This document shows positions 17,610 to 24,664 of a DNA stretch of 64,000 bases, piece by piece. The notes beneath the pieces were generated by a model. It saw only the letters and a program-made list of their open reading frames with translations, made no database searches and was not told the DNA's origin. Position numbers and translations under genes: made by a program. Source of the stretch: Myxococcota bacterium (GTDB lineage: Bacteria > Myxococcota_A > Polyangia > Polyangiales > Polyangiaceae); NCBI GenBank assembly GCA_039027095.1, contig JBCCLB010000015.1, positions 34,331 through 98,330 of the forward strand. The letters are read 5' to 3'. Each line of letters opens with the position of its first letter. Within the stretch, counting starts at the first letter, position 1.

Positions 17610-18862
17610 CCATGTCCGCCCTGCTCTACGACCACCGCGATGCGCTCCCCCAGCACCACCTCCGGTTCTTCGCCGGGTCGGCGGTCGTGGTGCAGCACCC
17701 CTCCTTCCTCGCGGCCTTCGACCAGGTCGTCGACGACGCGCTCGGGCCGTCCCGCGGTCCCGCCAGTCGTCTCCGCTGCGCGCAACAAGCGAGTCGTCCT
17801 CTCCTCAAGCGGCTCGTCCATCGCATGTTGCCGACCTCGCCCGCACAGCGCCTCGACATCGCGCGACAGGTGTTCGCCGCCCTCGGACTGGGCCAGCTTT
17901 CTCTCGACGTCACGCCGGCCGGCGGTCGGGCGCGCGTACGCCACCCATTTCGTCTGTCCCTCGAGCCCGCGACGACCGGGGGGCCGGGCCGACCGTGGCC
18001 CCTCGATGCGATCGCGGGCGGCTTTGCCGGGGCCGCCACCGAGGTCGCCTTCGATCTTCCCTCGGGACTCATCGCCGTCGTGCCCGAAGCGTTGGGCCCC
18101 GAGGGTTCGTTTCGGCTCGACGCGAGGGGCACCGCGATGGAGGTGCGCACGCCGCACCAAGCGCAGATCCGAGAGCTCGTTCCGAGCAGCTTTGGGGGCC
18201 TGCACGAGGACCGCATCGCCGAGCGGTCCATCGACGCCCTGGCCCGCATCGAGGGAGCCGCTGGCGACGACCGGGGTGACCTGCGGGATCGGGACCAACG
18301 GCTCGCCTTCGTCCCGGCCGACTACGGACATGCTCTGACCCATCACCTTTTGGCGACGGTCACGGAGGAAAAGCCCAAGGCCCTGCCCGCCGCGCGGGCC
18401 TTGCTCGCGGAGGCGGGGTACACGCACGCCTTTCTCGGGCTCGGTCGCGCGCTCGCGGCCGGGGGAACCGCCTTGGCCGCGGGGGGGCGCTCGCCGCTGG
18501 AGGTACTGGTCGACGGCTTGGCCGTGGCGCGCGCCTGGGGGTGGGGACGCTGGTGCGTGGAGGTCTTCGTCCCCGAGGAGCGCCTCGTCCTCAGGAGCCC
18601 GGGCACCCCGGAGAGCCTCTACGTGGCCTGCACGGTCGAGGGCGCCGACCGGCCGCAAGCCCACGCGCTGGAAGGGGCGGGGGTGGCGCTGATGGACCTC
18701 GCCCACCGGACGGAGTGGACGCCCACCCCGAACCTCGACGCGCGCACGGTCACCGCGAATCGGCGGGCGCCGACGTGGACGGCGACCGTCACCCACAGCG
18801 TGGCGGTTGGGGATCCGGTCGACCGCGTGGTGGTCCAGCGGATCGACGGAGCGTCGCCGTGA
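17606..18862 (+). CDS. hypothetical protein of two similar halves (possible V4R-like ligand-binding repeats)
   Basis: Strong G/C third-position bias in this frame. GTGA overlaps at both ends (17606-17609 and 18859-18862). The halves AALGLGQLSLDVTPAGGRARV...LDAIAGGFAGAATEVAF and ARAWGWGRWCVEVFVPEERLVLR...HALEGAGVALMDLAH share a pattern. The antisense ORF 17495..18796 is rejected. Confidence 0.7.
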   Translation: MTMSALLYDHRDALPQHHLRFFAGSAVVVQHPSFLAAFDQVVDDALGPSRGPASRLRCAQQASRPLLKRLVHRMLPTSPAQRLDIARQVFAALGLGQLSLDVTPAGGRARVRHPFRLSLEPATTGGPGRPWPLDAIAGGFAGAATEVAFDLPSGLIAVVPEALGPEGSFRLDARGTAMEVRTPHQAQIRELVPSSFGGLHEDRIAERSIDALARIEGAAGDDRGDLRDRDQRLAFVPADYGHALTHHLLATVTEEKPKALPAARALLAEAGYTHAFLGLGRALAAGGTALAAGGRSPLEVLVDGLAVARAWGWGRWCVEVFVPEERLVLRSPGTPESLYVACTVEGADRPQAHALEGAGVALMDLAHRTEWTPTPNLDARTVTANRRAPTWTATVTHSVAVGDPVDRVVVQRIDGASP

Positions 18863-19413
18863 CGTGCGTCGTCGGTTTGGTCGCCGGCGGCCGCGTCTAC
18901 GTCGGGGTCGATTCCGCCGCGGTCGCGGGCTGGACCCGACGGGTGACGGAGGTGAAGAAGGTCTTTCGCCGGGGGCCCTTTCTCATCGGCTACACCACCA
19001 GCTTCCGCATGGGGCAATTGCTCGAACACCAATTGGAGGTCCCCAAACAGCCGGCCGGGGCGAGCGACATCTCGTTCATGGTGACCACGTTCGTCGACGC
19101 CGTGCGGACGCTCTTCAAGGAAAAGGGGTTCGCGAAGGTCGAGAGCAACAGCGAGTCCGGGGGACAATTCATCGTGGGCTACCGGGGGGGGCTCTACACC
19201 ATCGAGAGTGACTTTCAGGTCCAACTCCAGGCCGACCGATTCGACGCGATCGGCAGCGGCAGCGCCCACGCCCTCGGGGCGATGGACGTCCTGCGCGACC
19301 TCGCGCCGACCCCGCGTATCAAGCGGGCGCTGGCGGCCGCCGCGCACTTCAACATGGGGGTATGCCCCCCGTTTTTCGTGCGCTCGATGGCGGGCCCCAA
19401 GCGGGGGTCCTGA
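18859..19413 (+). CDS. HslV/proteasome-beta-like Ntn hydrolase (T1-type Thr peptidase), orphan
   Basis: The GTG start gives M-TCVVGLVAGGRVYVGVDSAAVAGWTRRVTEVKKVFRR. After Met removal this places Thr1, Asp17 and Lys33 exactly in proteasome numbering. A later AIGSGSAHALGAMD matches the GSG(G/S) motif of HslV and beta subunits. 184 aa, HslV-sized. Track ORF 18541..19413 is trimmed to the GTGA junction. Confidence 0.8.
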   Translation: MTCVVGLVAGGRVYVGVDSAAVAGWTRRVTEVKKVFRRGPFLIGYTTSFRMGQLLEHQLEVPKQPAGASDISFMVTTFVDAVRTLFKEKGFAKVESNSESGGQFIVGYRGGLYTIESDFQVQLQADRFDAIGSGSAHALGAMDVLRDLAPTPRIKRALAAAAHFNMGVCPPFFVRSMAGPKRGS

Positions 19414-19417
19414 GCGT

Positions 19418-19563
19418 TATAGTGTCGGTCAAATCGGTAGATTTGACCGGCCCAAAAAGTAAGGCACCCCCAAGACAATAGAACCGGCTCTGAGGAGCGA
19501 TGCTCGCCCTCGCCGACTTGTCGGCGAGCATCGCGACACCATCAACGGTTGTGGTCGAGGGTG
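19418..19563 (+). repeat. 146-bp intergenic element, copy B (sense orientation on plus strand), directly upstream of 19583..20284
   Basis: 141/146 identical to the reverse complement of 10750..10895. It starts with TATAGT 4 nt after the upstream stop codon. It contains hairpin ggtcaaatc-ggta-gatttgacc (19427-19448) and a 12-bp-stem palindrome gcgatgctcgcc/ggcgagcatcgc (19497-19534). It ends 19 nt before ATG 19583. Confidence 0.9.
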
Positions 19564-19582
19564 CAGGCGGGTTTCAGGAGAC

Positions 19583-20284
19583 ATGGCAGACATCCCCGAG
19601 CCGAACGACGACGATCCCGAAGACGTCCGCTGGGCCTTGTCTACCGCCGAGCGATTGGTGGCGACGGGGGCCCGGGAGGCGGCCGCGCGGTGGCTGCGGC
19701 GGGCGGCGTCGGCCGCGCGTGACCACGATCGGGGCGACCGTGCGGAAGAGATCGACACCGCCGCCCGGAATTGGGACACCCCCGCCGCGGCGGGGATCGA
19801 TGACGAGGCGACGGTGGTGTCGACGACCCCCGAGGTCGCGCTCGCGCCGGAGGGACGGAGGTCACGATCGACGAAACCGTCGACGGCGAGCCGGACGCCG
19901 GCGTCGCGCCTCGTCGTCGACTCGGTGCTGCCGCCTTCCACCGAGCGCGAACCGCGCATCGTGACCCGTCGGGCCGGGGTTCGGGACACCGCGGAAGACA
20001 CCCGGATACCGGCCGTCGTGCGCGCGACGGCGCGTGACGACGCGAGCACCCTTCCGCCGACCTCTTCTTCGCCGCCCGCGGGGACCGTCGGCGAGTCTTC
20101 GGACACGATGATGTCGTACTCCCGCTATCGGGTGGCGGTGCTTGCGTCCTCCGACGATGCGCATCCTCGGCTGCTCCGGCTCCGCGACGGAGAAGCGGCG
20201 CCCCCCGGAGCCGCCATGGCGTTTCTCGTGCCGGAGTCGGCCGAGGATGGGGCCGCCATCGCGGCCCTGTTCGAGCTCGGCTGA
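19583..20284 (+). CDS. hypothetical, largely low-complexity acidic/Arg-rich protein
   Basis: ATG is preceded by AGGAGA. G/C third positions. N-terminal helical segment (VRWALSTAERLVATGAREAAARWLRRAASAAR), then a Ser/Thr/Pro/Arg-rich region. No family recognised. Confidence 0.6.
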   Translation: MADIPEPNDDDPEDVRWALSTAERLVATGAREAAARWLRRAASAARDHDRGDRAEEIDTAARNWDTPAAAGIDDEATVVSTTPEVALAPEGRRSRSTKPSTASRTPASRLVVDSVLPPSTEREPRIVTRRAGVRDTAEDTRIPAVVRATARDDASTLPPTSSSPPAGTVGESSDTMMSYSRYRVAVLASSDDAHPRLLRLRDGEAAPPGAAMAFLVPESAEDGAAIAALFELG

Positions 20285-20324
20285 ACGCCTCGACCGCGCG
20301 CACCAGGGTGCCCGGGGTCGACCC

Positions 20325-21002
20325 TCAGCGCGAAGCCTGGAAATGCCGTTGGACGCGCTGCAGCACGATTTCGAGCTGTGCTTCCGCGTCGGCCTCCTCG
20401 AAGGCGTACCCGGGCGTTTCGTCGAGGGCGCAGTACCCGTCCCACTTGCATTCGCCGCTCGCGCACTCGAGGTCGGAGCGACAGGCGGGCCGCAACAGGC
20501 GGTAGCGGGGGCATCCCACGAAGTCGGGGGGGCAGTCCGCGACATCGTGGCACTGCTTGGGGGTAGGGGCTCCGGGGAGACCTCGCGCCCCGCCCGTCAA
20601 CTCGCCGACCACGGTGGCCACGTAGGGGAACTCCGGCGAGCCGCTGTCGAGCACGATTTCGCTTGCGTGGTCGAGGGCGACGAAAAAATACCGGGTCGGC
20701 CCGGTCACGGTGCTGACCTGGCGGCAGGAGACTTCACCCGTCCACGTATGCCCCTGCCGCGCGAGCTCGACCGGTTGCCAGGTGCCCGAGCCCCAGGTTC
20801 GGACGAGGGCCACCACATGCTCGGCCTGGTAGCTCGAAGGCAGTCGCACGCGCATCGGGAGCGGCGTCAGAACCTCCTGCTGCGCGACGTATTCGATGCT
20901 CGGATGCGTCGGGTCTTTGTCGCGCACGTACTCGGCCGCCGTCGGCGCGCAGGCGGAGCAGGTCCACGCGGCGATGGCCATGCTGCTGGTTCTGATCCCC
21001 AT
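20325..21002 (-). CDS. hypothetical protein with Cys-rich C-terminus
   Basis: C-terminal CHDVADCPPDFVGCPRYRLLRPACRSDLECASGECKWDGYC resembles myxobacterial Cys-rich repeats. The start is uncertain (ATG 21002 or 20981). The track ORF extends to 21356 into alaX in another frame. Confidence 0.6.
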   Translation of the reverse strand: MGIRTSSMAIAAWTCSACAPTAAEYVRDKDPTHPSIEYVAQQEVLTPLPMRVRLPSSYQAEHVVALVRTWGSGTWQPVELARQGHTWTGEVSCRQVSTVTGPTRYFFVALDHASEIVLDSGSPEFPYVATVVGELTGGARGLPGAPTPKQCHDVADCPPDFVGCPRYRLLRPACRSDLECASGECKWDGYCALDETPGYAFEEADAEAQLEIVLQRVQRHFQASR

Positions 21003-21055
21003 GGGGAGGGGGTAGCACGCCGACCCGCTTCGCGCCCCGGCGGCATCGCTCGCGT

Positions 21056-22252
21056 TCAGCGCCGGGCCCGATACGTGTCGAGAAATGCGCGCCATGGCGT
21101 CCCCGCGGGAAGGCGCGCCTCGGCCCGATGAGGGCGACCTCCTCCGCGCCCGTCGTGCTCGGCGCACAGCGCGCGTACGAACGCGCCACAGTCGAACGTC
21201 GCCTCCTCCCCGCGAACGGCGAGCACCACCACCGCAACGTCGTCCTCCCCGGTGGCGGCGGCGACCACGGTCGTGCGGCGGGGATGGCGGGCGGCGCGCT
21301 TGCCCACTTCGCGCACCAAGTCGACCGGCGCCTCGGCGAGGTCGAGCACTTGCCACTCAGTGTCGTGGTCGAGCAGGTGCTCACTCATCTGTTCGCACAG
21401 CCCTTTCAACTGGCGGGTGCGGCGACGCTGCTCGGCCTGGAGGCGCGCGACGGCGGACGGGACTTCGGTCGGTGCGGTCGACAATTCGCGCCCCAGCGCC
21501 CGCAGCGCGCTCGACTCGGCTTGCGCCAACGCCCGCGCCTTGTGCCCGGCGGCGAAGTGGATGCGCAGCCGTCGCTTATGCCGCTCGGTCCCGAGCAGGG
21601 TCACCAACCCCACCGCCGACGTGTGGCCGCAGTGGGTGCCGCCGCAGGGCGTGATGTCGACGTCGCCGATCGCGACGACGCGCACATCACGGGACACGGA
21701 TGGCGCTTTGCGCAACGGGAGACGGGCGAGCTCGTCGGGCGCGGGAAAGTAGGCGCGAATGGGGACGTCCCGATCCACGACGTCGTTGGTCCAGGCGAAT
21801 ACGGCGGCCAAGGCGCTCGGCTCCAGGTGCTCGCGGTCGACGTCGACCGTGCAACCGGAGGCGCCGAGCCGCGAGGACACGGTGATGGCGCCGACCTCGT
21901 CGAGCAAAGCCCGTGACAAGATGTGCTGACCGGTGTGCTGGGCCATGTGAAGGCGGCGTCGCGCCGCGTCGATGTGACCCTCGACCGAGGCGCCGTTCTG
22001 CACGTCGGGGGGAACCGACCTCGTCAGGACATGCGCGACCTCGCCATCGGTGCCGATCTGAACGTCGGCCACCTCGAGGTCGTGGCCCGCCACCGACAGC
22101 ACGCCTCGGTCGGCCAGCTGTCCCCCCGATTCCGGATAGAACGCGGAGCGGTCGAGCACGAGGGCCGGGCGCTCGCCATGCGCGATCACTGCCACCACGT
22201 GCGCGGTGAACGCGAGGCGCAGTGAATCCGCGTAGTGCAACCGCTCCGTCAT
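21056..22252 (-). CDS. alaX: alanyl-tRNA editing protein, AlaX-L type
   Basis: HTGQH (HxxxH) and CGGTHC (CxxxH) zinc motifs of the Ala/Thr-tRNA synthetase editing domain. 398 aa. Confidence 0.85.
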   Translation of the reverse strand: MTERLHYADSLRLAFTAHVVAVIAHGERPALVLDRSAFYPESGGQLADRGVLSVAGHDLEVADVQIGTDGEVAHVLTRSVPPDVQNGASVEGHIDAARRRLHMAQHTGQHILSRALLDEVGAITVSSRLGASGCTVDVDREHLEPSALAAVFAWTNDVVDRDVPIRAYFPAPDELARLPLRKAPSVSRDVRVVAIGDVDITPCGGTHCGHTSAVGLVTLLGTERHKRRLRIHFAAGHKARALAQAESSALRALGRELSTAPTEVPSAVARLQAEQRRRTRQLKGLCEQMSEHLLDHDTEWQVLDLAEAPVDLVREVGKRAARHPRRTTVVAAATGEDDVAVVVLAVRGEEATFDCGAFVRALCAEHDGRGGGRPHRAEARLPAGTPWRAFLDTYRARR

Positions 22253-22277
22253 GGCGCCGGTATAGCCTACCTGTCGT

Positions 22278-24524
22278 TCATTCGAGCTCGTCGACCGAGA
22301 AGACCCCGGGGTGAAGCCGAAGCGTTCCGTCGCGGTCCCGCGACGCGGTCACGGAGAAAAGGCTCGTCACCCCGTCCCCGTCGAGATCGCCCTCGGCCGT
22401 CGCTTCGAAGCCCCCCGGTCCCGGGTCGGGCCCGCCCCGCGCGACGGTGAGGTAGGGGCCGCCGGCGACGTAGCCGAGACGAAACCGGGATGGCTTCTTC
22501 GGTCGAAAGCCGAGACACCGCCACCCTCGGTCGGCGTCGCCCCCGCCAAAGTCGAGGCCGGGGGCGGCGGAGGGGACATAGGGCCGCCGGCGAGGGACCG
22601 CGGCGGGGACCGGGTCGGCGGAGCCGCACAGCGTGGAGACGACCTCGTAGTGGCTCTCCGCGTCTTCGGTGGCGGGGTGGAGCACCTGCCGTCGGCGGTC
22701 GTCGAAGACCTGAAGGCCCGCCGCCGCGACCGCCATCACGGCCTCGCGTGCTTCGCGTCGCGCTTCGTCGCGGAGCGCCTGGATCCGCTGGTGGTGCGCT
22801 ACAGCCGCCCCGGGCCAGAGGGCGTTGAGGCCGTGGAGGTCAAAGCGCCAACCGTCACCCTCGGCGCGCCAATCGAGCGTCAATCCACTGGTGATGCGCT
22901 CTGGGCCCGTACGCACGACGACGTCGGGGGGAAGCCCGAGGGCTTCGGCGTCGGTCCGCCGCGACGGGTTGGCGCGGAACGCCGCGGCGAGAAGGCGGCC
23001 GGTGTCGACCCAGACGCGAACCCGCGGCGTGTCGGCGAGCGCGGTGGCCGCGGCGTCGACCGCCGGATCGTCGCCGAGCCGTGGCGGTTCGCCCTGAAAG
23101 GCGCGCCAGCTCCGATCGACCGTCGCCTCCGGACCGACGGCCAGGAACGCGTGCTCGGCGGTCGTGCGGATGCGCACGTAGGGATGTCGCACCGCGTCGT
23201 CGGGGGTGGCATCGATCCCGCGGCGCCCGTCGACCCAGGCCACCCGGTAGCCTTCGTTGCGGCCCCCGAGCGCACGCTTGACGTCGCGTACCCGTGCCTC
23301 GACCTCGTCGCCATCGCCGACCTCCACCGCGACGACGACGGCGAAATCGGAGGGAAACCTCGGAAGGGCGGTGGCGCGGTAGGTCGGGGCGAGAACGGCG
23401 GCGAAGATGGCCTCATCGCCGGCGAGGTCGAGAACCTCTCGGAGTTTCAGCCCAACCTCACGCTCCGTGTCACGGATCGCGCGGCGGAGCCACTTGCCCG
23501 CTTCGGCGTCGCGGGTCCGGATGCGCCGGAGGGCGTCGCGCTCGACGTCGGCGCCGGGTTCGTCGACCGCGGTGCGGACCGCGAGGTAGGCCACCGTGCT
23601 CGCCGGAAGCCGCGCGCGCAGGGTCAAAGGTCCTCGGGTGGGACGGGACGCGAGCTGAGGATCGGGGGCCCACCGGCCCGACGTCGGCCCGATGACGTGG
23701 AGCTGCAGGCCGGCATCGACAACGCTCACGATCCCGACGATCGGCTCCGTACGCGCGAAGAGCTTCGCCTGAAGGTCGCGCGCATCGGTTCGCGTGAGCG
23801 CGCGAGGGTCCACAAAGCCGTACCCGAGGTAGCGCCGCGGGAGCAGCGCGGCGGTCGCGGCGAACGATTCGTTGTCGGCGAGGCTGGGTTGTCGGCCTTC
23901 GAGCACCTCGGCCGTGTCGTCGATGATGTCGGCGTTGCCCAACACCAGGAGCCGGTCGCGCGCGAACCACCCCATGGCCGCGGGGGTGCCGCCGGGAGCG
24001 AAATCGTAGCGTACGCCGCGCGCCAGCGTTGCCGGTGGGCCCAGGGTCGGGGCGGTGAGGAGCGGCGCGACGGCGGTCTCCTCGTCGAGGCGAAGGACGA
24101 CGACCGGCTCGAGCGTCGGCGTGAGCGACGGCCATGCGACCGTCACCAACCGAGCGCCCCACGCCGCGCCCTCTACGTGGTCGAGGATCGTGCTGACGCG
24201 GCCAGGAGGGAGGTCGAGCGCGCGCGCGAGGGACAACGACACCTCGTCGCGAAGCGGAGAGAAATCACCTCGGTCCACGTCGAGGCCGCGGGCGTCGGCC
24301 AAGCTCTCGCGGGCGCGGGCGACGTTGGGGATCTCGATCCAGGCGTCGAGGTCCTGGGGCAGGGAGCGCGGCAATTCGGGGCCCGCGCCACGGGGGCGCA
24401 GCAAAAAAAAGAGGGCCGCGGCGGCGACGCCAATCACCGCGACCACGGCGCCGACGAGGGACGCGACGCCGCGCCCGGTGCGCGACGCGGGCGGTCGCGG
24501 CTCGGCCCTCGGCGCCTCGGACAT
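22278..24524 (-). CDS. membrane-anchored hypothetical protein (748 aa)
   Basis: N-terminal anchor VASLVGAVVAVIGVAAAALFFLL with ordinary amino-acid composition. The fully overlapping antisense ORF 22311..24587 is Arg/Gly/Asp-rich shadow sequence. Confidence 0.75.
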   Translation of the reverse strand: MSEAPRAEPRPPASRTGRGVASLVGAVVAVIGVAAAALFFLLRPRGAGPELPRSLPQDLDAWIEIPNVARARESLADARGLDVDRGDFSPLRDEVSLSLARALDLPPGRVSTILDHVEGAAWGARLVTVAWPSLTPTLEPVVVLRLDEETAVAPLLTAPTLGPPATLARGVRYDFAPGGTPAAMGWFARDRLLVLGNADIIDDTAEVLEGRQPSLADNESFAATAALLPRRYLGYGFVDPRALTRTDARDLQAKLFARTEPIVGIVSVVDAGLQLHVIGPTSGRWAPDPQLASRPTRGPLTLRARLPASTVAYLAVRTAVDEPGADVERDALRRIRTRDAEAGKWLRRAIRDTEREVGLKLREVLDLAGDEAIFAAVLAPTYRATALPRFPSDFAVVVAVEVGDGDEVEARVRDVKRALGGRNEGYRVAWVDGRRGIDATPDDAVRHPYVRIRTTAEHAFLAVGPEATVDRSWRAFQGEPPRLGDDPAVDAAATALADTPRVRVWVDTGRLLAAAFRANPSRRTDAEALGLPPDVVVRTGPERITSGLTLDWRAEGDGWRFDLHGLNALWPGAAVAHHQRIQALRDEARREAREAVMAVAAAGLQVFDDRRRQVLHPATEDAESHYEVVSTLCGSADPVPAAVPRRRPYVPSAAPGLDFGGGDADRGWRCLGFRPKKPSRFRLGYVAGGPYLTVARGGPDPGPGGFEATAEGDLDGDGVTSLFSVTASRDRDGTLRLHPGVFSVDELE

Positions 24525-24664
24525 GCGCGGAGCATAGCCCCATCCTCGTCTCGTGACGGAACCGAGACATTGGGGGGCGGGTCGTGATGAAGGTGTGAAG
24601 GGAGAGGTGGCGGTTCGGACGTCAGATGGGGAGAACGACGAACCCGAGCCCCTGGGAGACCCTC

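Noticed and set aside
17495-18796. 433-aa minus-strand ORF opposite gene 4 of the cassette
   Set aside because: It is an Arg/Pro/Gly-rich shadow. The plus frame has strong G/C third-position bias and GTGA overlaps with both neighbours.
10750-19563. The inverted-repeat-flanked 8.5-kb segment as a composite transposon or genomic island
   Set aside because: There is no transposase, integrase or recombinase inside or nearby, and no target-site duplication is visible. Interior genes are ordinary chromosomal genes with the same composition as the flanks.
19500-19964. Conserved leader peptide/uORF inside the 146-bp element (ATG 19500 preceded by GAGGAG; equivalent 38-codon ORF 10697..10813 on the minus strand in copy A)
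   Set aside because: The first 21 codons (MLALADLSASIATPSTVVVEG) are conserved only because the DNA is repeated. The SD-ATG spacing is only 2 nt. In copy B the frame runs 154 codons out of frame through a better-supported gene. It cannot be distinguished from chance without ribosome profiling.
22311-24587. 758-aa plus-strand ORF fully overlapping 22278..24524
   Set aside because: Its Arg/Gly/Asp/Pro-rich composition is typical of antisense shadow ORFs in high-GC DNA. The minus-strand frame has a TM anchor and ordinary composition.
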